DNA from: a bacterium
GTDB taxonomy: Bacteria; Electryoneota; JAOADG01
Direction: 5' to 3'
Assembly (NCBI GenBank): GCA_963681965.1
Contig: OY820579.1
Location: 3,552,001-3,616,000, forward strand
DNA: 64,000 nt
Each line of letters begins with the position of its first letter. Position 1 is the first letter of the stretch. The notes under the pieces were generated by a model. It was not told where the DNA came from. It saw only the letters and a list, made by a program, of their open reading frames with translations, and made no database searches. Shown piece after piece: positions 59,796-64,000 of the stretch. Both the position numbers and the translations under genes were made by a program.

Positions 59796-61922
59796 TTATT
59801 TACCGGTTGTTACTTTATTATTTTTTTGCTCGGGCGCTTTTTCGCCAGTTGGTCCCGCAACTTGACTGTTGGTCGGTTTCGACCCGGTAACATCGATGAA
59901 CAACGTGATATTTTCTTTCGGCTTGATTTCTGCTAGAGAGAAGGTCATCTCTCCGGCATCGCGACTCCAGTTTTGAGATACTAGAACATTCCCGACCATT
60001 TCCGAACTCACTTTGACTGTTTCGAATAAACCGGTCAAATATACAGTTACCGGAACATCGCGTAGCGATAGATTTCCTTCATTACTAATGTTCAAACGAA
60101 TACGGCTTTCGGTAATGATTTTAGTCGATGCCCGCAAGTCTTGCCACGCACTGATCCGGCGAATAACTTGACTCGCCGATGCCCGCCACACTCCGGCGGA
60201 ATCCATCTTGCTGGCTAGTTTCGCAATGCCATAACCGCTTTGTAACGATGGATCTACGATCCCTAGGTACAAACCACCCGCATCGGCGATGCGATTCATG
60301 TCGCCGATCATCGCATTTGCGAGATCGTCGTCGACGGTGATTCCTTTTATCTCATAATATTCGCGTGCCGAAATTGCCGCCTTCGGAACCATGGAGATTT
60401 GAACGCGTTTTTCGAAAATCCACCATCCGCCTTTTTTGACCATCTTATTGACGGGTCCATAGTACCGGGGAAGTTTATTGCCGAGAATGAATTGGAGATC
60501 GTTCATTACCGACGCTGCCAAAGTAACATCGTCATATTTCCATCCGGCAGGCGCAATACCGATCGGCGCTTTGCCGGTCAATTGTTTGATCCGTTTCGAT
60601 TGTGCCTCGACCCAGGCAAATTGATCATCCAATTTCTGACCGAACAATTGCGTCGGCGAATTCGAACTCAGAATCAAATCGTGCGAGAATGTTTGACCCG
60701 ATGATCGCGGTGGTGCATAATCGGTATTTACCATCATGTCCAAACCGACCCCGTTACTACTGGCATCTTCGACTGCTTTCGCCAGATCCAACGCATCGCC
60801 TCGTGCGTCAAGTATCATTGTACCTCCGGCTCGGTATCCCCGCGGCCAAACACTGATATCGACCAACGGTTGACCGTGCAGCCACGAAAGACCGTTTTGA
60901 ACAATTTTACTAAACACATCGGTATTGTCCTTGCGGTCCTGAATCGTTTCCGGAGTAAACGAAAACCAGATGAATTTCCCTTCGAGATAACTACCATAAA
61001 TAATCATACTGTTGGAATGATCGTCCCACTGTTTATTCCAATAGGGTGAAAACCAAGTTGCTGCCGAACGTGCTCGGGGTTCGACCGGATCCATCGTGAC
61101 AAAACCGTTGTAGGTATAGAATTCGAGATGAGTGCCGGGTCCAACCATCGAAGTCAATGGCGATCCATCTTTGATAATCATACTGGTGCCACCGGTGGTA
61201 TCTTTCACGTCGCGCGCCGGAACGGATCCAATAATTTGGGAAAGAAAGTCGAAACCAGTCCATTCGGCGTTTTCATCGCGGCAACCGATCGACCAGCACA
61301 TCATCAATTTTCCGCCTCGACCCACAAATTTTTTGATTGCGTCGCGTTCTACGGTAGAAAGTAACAACGCACCGGGAAGGATCATCAGATCGTATCCCGG
61401 ATTTTCCGAGACTAATTCCGGTTCTTCGATGATCTTGTATTTGATGTTCTTCTGATATAACAAATCCTTCCAATAATCGATCATCAAGGCTTGCTTGGAC
61501 TTATCGCCAAATCGATTCCATGTTTCAAAATCGCTAGTCGACCGTTTATTAATCGGTCCGGCATACCAAAGAGTATCGGTCAATGGCCAAGTATCTAGAC
61601 GAGGACCATACGGCCAAATGGTATCGATTGGCAGCGAGCGCAGATACTTCTCGGTTCGACTTGGATTCACTAGGATCGCTTGTGGTTGTCCAGTCCAACC
61701 CTCCGGAACCATTGAATCGGTGGTTTTAATACCAAGGATCTCGAACCGTCCATACATCTGAGTCATAACCTGTTCGTAACCCCACCACCCGACAAATGCA
61801 AGGACAAGCAGTAGAATCCAGACCCGTAGGACGTAAAATCGGGTTTGACTCCGAAAATTGCCCTCGACTTTTTTATCGACCTTTGAGATTTTCTGTGTGT
61901 CGCTCATTTTGACACCGTCCAT
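59796..61922 (-). CDS. Membrane-anchored GATase-like + degenerate deacetylase-like protein
   Basis: Paralog of the 53132 protein (YDLMILPG, WP.GY, GGLY); TAATG overlap at 61922. Confidence 0.7.
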   Translation of the reverse strand: MDGVKMSDTQKISKVDKKVEGNFRSQTRFYVLRVWILLLVLAFVGWWGYEQVMTQMYGRFEILGIKTTDSMVPEGWTGQPQAILVNPSRTEKYLRSLPIDTIWPYGPRLDTWPLTDTLWYAGPINKRSTSDFETWNRFGDKSKQALMIDYWKDLLYQKNIKYKIIEEPELVSENPGYDLMILPGALLLSTVERDAIKKFVGRGGKLMMCWSIGCRDENAEWTGFDFLSQIIGSVPARDVKDTTGGTSMIIKDGSPLTSMVGPGTHLEFYTYNGFVTMDPVEPRARSAATWFSPYWNKQWDDHSNSMIIYGSYLEGKFIWFSFTPETIQDRKDNTDVFSKIVQNGLSWLHGQPLVDISVWPRGYRAGGTMILDARGDALDLAKAVEDASSNGVGLDMMVNTDYAPPRSSGQTFSHDLILSSNSPTQLFGQKLDDQFAWVEAQSKRIKQLTGKAPIGIAPAGWKYDDVTLAASVMNDLQFILGNKLPRYYGPVNKMVKKGGWWIFEKRVQISMVPKAAISAREYYEIKGITVDDDLANAMIGDMNRIADAGGLYLGIVDPSLQSGYGIAKLASKMDSAGVWRASASQVIRRISAWQDLRASTKIITESRIRLNISNEGNLSLRDVPVTVYLTGLFETVKVSSEMVGNVLVSQNWSRDAGEMTFSLAEIKPKENITLFIDVTGSKPTNSQVAGPTGEKAPEQKNNKVTTGK

Positions 61923-64000
61923 TAGTTCCAATCGTTATTCAAAAACGGTTTATCGCCCGATTTCTTGGGATTAACCGAAGAGCGCATCGACCAACTATCC
62001 TCATCGACCGGATTCGTAATAATTTTAGGTTCTTCCGGGACCGGAGTAGACATCGGCGATGGCTCTTGTGGGGCAATAAATTCAATTGAGTTGCGCATCT
62101 GTTCTGGTTGCCCATAGATGCCGAAATCGAGAATTTGTTCTTCTGGCGATACTTTTTCAGATGCGGCAAAAATTCGCTCGCGTCGTGCAAATAGAAAATA
62201 GTAGACAACAATTACCAGAAAAATTGCAATTATCACTCCACCGACAATAAACAAAGAAGGCAGAGTCTTGATCGACATATGAAAAAATCTCGGTGTTCCC
62301 GGGATAAAATCGGCATAAAAGATCTCGTTCGGCTTTAACACCGGTAGATCGAGGTAAAGCGTTTTGAAATCTGCTTCGTAGGTGCAGTTTCGATTTAGTG
62401 AAACGATTTTTAACAATTCCGCCGAAACGCCGCGTGGCGGTAACACTGCAATTCTAGCATCGGCAATATTCCGATCGCTCAAATTCGTGACCGATAATTG
62501 CAGCGTATCGCCCGATATCGAAGTGAGCAACTGCAGGCGATTGCGATTGTCAATCCATTCCGCCAATGTCGTTGTATTTACAAACCAAATTCGATCGGAT
62601 TGTCCGAATTTATCGACCAATACCGAAAGCACGCTGCCGATTTCGGGTGAAAGTAATGTTCCGGGATGAAGTACGATTCGAAACAAACCACCGATTTTTC
62701 GGATGTTCTCATAATCGGAGAAAAATTGTTGAGGCAGTGCCGCTAAAGATTGTCTCGACTGCGTTGCAAGGATATCGTTATCATCCCGGTTGGTTTTTCC
62801 GATAACGACGAGTGGCGGTTTATTCAATCGGTACTGAGTAATGATATCGGGGTATGCCGCTACGATTGTAGAGTCAAGTACCGATACTTTCATCCGATTG
62901 AGTCGCAATGCTTCGATTGAAACGGTATCAAGCGATGAAACGCGATACGCGCATGGATCGAAGCCCAGCGACCGGAATGTGGAGAGATCCCGTTGCACGT
63001 CGATCGCCAGTTCACCAAGGGTTGGATCGGATCTTACAGAGCGATCGGAATTAGCCACGATAAAATCGATTTGCTTTCCGGCTAGCGTCTTTAACAAAGT
63101 ATTGGATGATTGAAGAATCGCTGGAGATATCGAAATTGAAAAGGGATGGGAATACTTTCGTGCGATTTCGGGCAAAAGTTGCAGTGCTTCAACCGAATCG
63201 CCGATCCATGCATCCATCGAGACCGCATGACTATATTGACTTGGCCAAGGTTGAATTGTTGCGCGCATTTCACCGCGACACCAGTGAATGATATCCTGAT
63301 AAAATAGTTTCGTGTACGCTACATTGACAGCATCGGTGTCCAGTTCGCTGGGGTTGCAACCGATCCAAGCTAATCGACCATTTTTTTGGTCGTCTAATGC
63401 AACGAATCCTGCTTCGTCCGATTGCAACCGATCGAATCGGTTTGACGAATCGATACCACCGCGATAATATCCGATGGTTTCCAATGTATCGGCTGTCCTG
63501 AAGTAATAGAGATTGCCGGTCGGTTGGAATGAAAGCAACGCACCTGCCGGTAACAAGCCCGTTCCGGGATACCCAGAACGAAATTGAATTGCGACCTTGA
63601 CACGTTCGTTGTACTGCGATAATTCGAATTTACCATGAAGCAACTTGCGGGTGAATTCGCCGATTGAGTTGAGTTTCGATTGGTTCGGGCTACCGATAAT
63701 AACCAATCCATTCCCTTCCCGTCGATATCGTTCCAGTTCTTTCGAGATATTGTCGTCAAGAATTAAATCTGAAGGAACGACAATCACTTTAGCTTGTTTC
63801 AAAGCCATGCTCAGATTTGCGGTAACAACGACGTCGCGATTGCTCCAACCGTACTCCTTCATCGCCTGCTGAACTGTCAGTAGACCCGGTTTGACGGAAA
63901 GCGTCGAATCCGGAAGAGCGGGCGATTCGATCAACGCGATCGTCATCGCTCCAGCTCCCAATGGAACGGAAAGAAACAACAGAACAACCGTTATTTCAGC
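61922..64000 (-). CDS. Third GATase-like + degenerate deacetylase-like paralog (5' end outside the window)
   Basis: PWP, GGLF..LH and a C-terminal TM helix; frame is open to the window edge. Confidence 0.7.
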   Translation of the reverse strand, partial: AEITVVLLFLSVPLGAGAMTIALIESPALPDSTLSVKPGLLTVQQAMKEYGWSNRDVVVTANLSMALKQAKVIVVPSDLILDDNISKELERYRREGNGLVIIGSPNQSKLNSIGEFTRKLLHGKFELSQYNERVKVAIQFRSGYPGTGLLPAGALLSFQPTGNLYYFRTADTLETIGYYRGGIDSSNRFDRLQSDEAGFVALDDQKNGRLAWIGCNPSELDTDAVNVAYTKLFYQDIIHWCRGEMRATIQPWPSQYSHAVSMDAWIGDSVEALQLLPEIARKYSHPFSISISPAILQSSNTLLKTLAGKQIDFIVANSDRSVRSDPTLGELAIDVQRDLSTFRSLGFDPCAYRVSSLDTVSIEALRLNRMKVSVLDSTIVAAYPDIITQYRLNKPPLVVIGKTNRDDNDILATQSRQSLAALPQQFFSDYENIRKIGGLFRIVLHPGTLLSPEIGSVLSVLVDKFGQSDRIWFVNTTTLAEWIDNRNRLQLLTSISGDTLQLSVTNLSDRNIADARIAVLPPRGVSAELLKIVSLNRNCTYEADFKTLYLDLPVLKPNEIFYADFIPGTPRFFHMSIKTLPSLFIVGGVIIAIFLVIVVYYFLFARRERIFAASEKVSPEEQILDFGIYGQPEQMRNSIEFIAPQEPSPMSTPVPEEPKIITNPVDEDSWSMRSSVNPKKSGDKPFLNNDWN

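Overview
Bacterial chromosomal window. The lineage is inferred to be an FCB-superphylum member outside Bacteroidota proper: four genes carry T9SS-type YPNPFN C-terminal sorting domains, yet there is a canonical TTGACA-17-TATCTT promoter. Contents from left to right: a heterodimeric ABC exporter; a GT2 x3 / LPG-synthase-like / deacetylase operon; a cysteine desulfurase-V4R operon; a GxDxY-repeat secreted protein; an IMPase-ADP-ribosylglycohydrolase fusion; TPR and XRE genes; two LVIVD-like paralogs bracketing an IS630, an NDT-like gene and a frameshifted B12 radical SAM gene; rnd; a four-gene DUF6754-type membrane cluster; a cassette array; a HybA/HybB-like plus tetraheme cytochrome operon; a TonB receptor; two Reeler-like paralogs; and a putative exopolysaccharide export locus running off the right edge. 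The most unusual structure is at ~34.0-43.6 kb. Three head-to-tail units share a left arm (REP doublet plus leader, and in two units an identical 55-aa lipoprotein N-terminus) and a right arm (hairpin plus the last 72 nt of the cytochrome gene). Each carries a different AT-rich payload: a protein with a glycine-zipper C-terminus followed by small membrane genes. I interpret this as a stacked polymorphic toxin/immunity cassette array; its third unit is hit by both IS5 and IS3. No tRNA, rRNA or CRISPR was recognised. Family calls come from motif recognition, not database searches.
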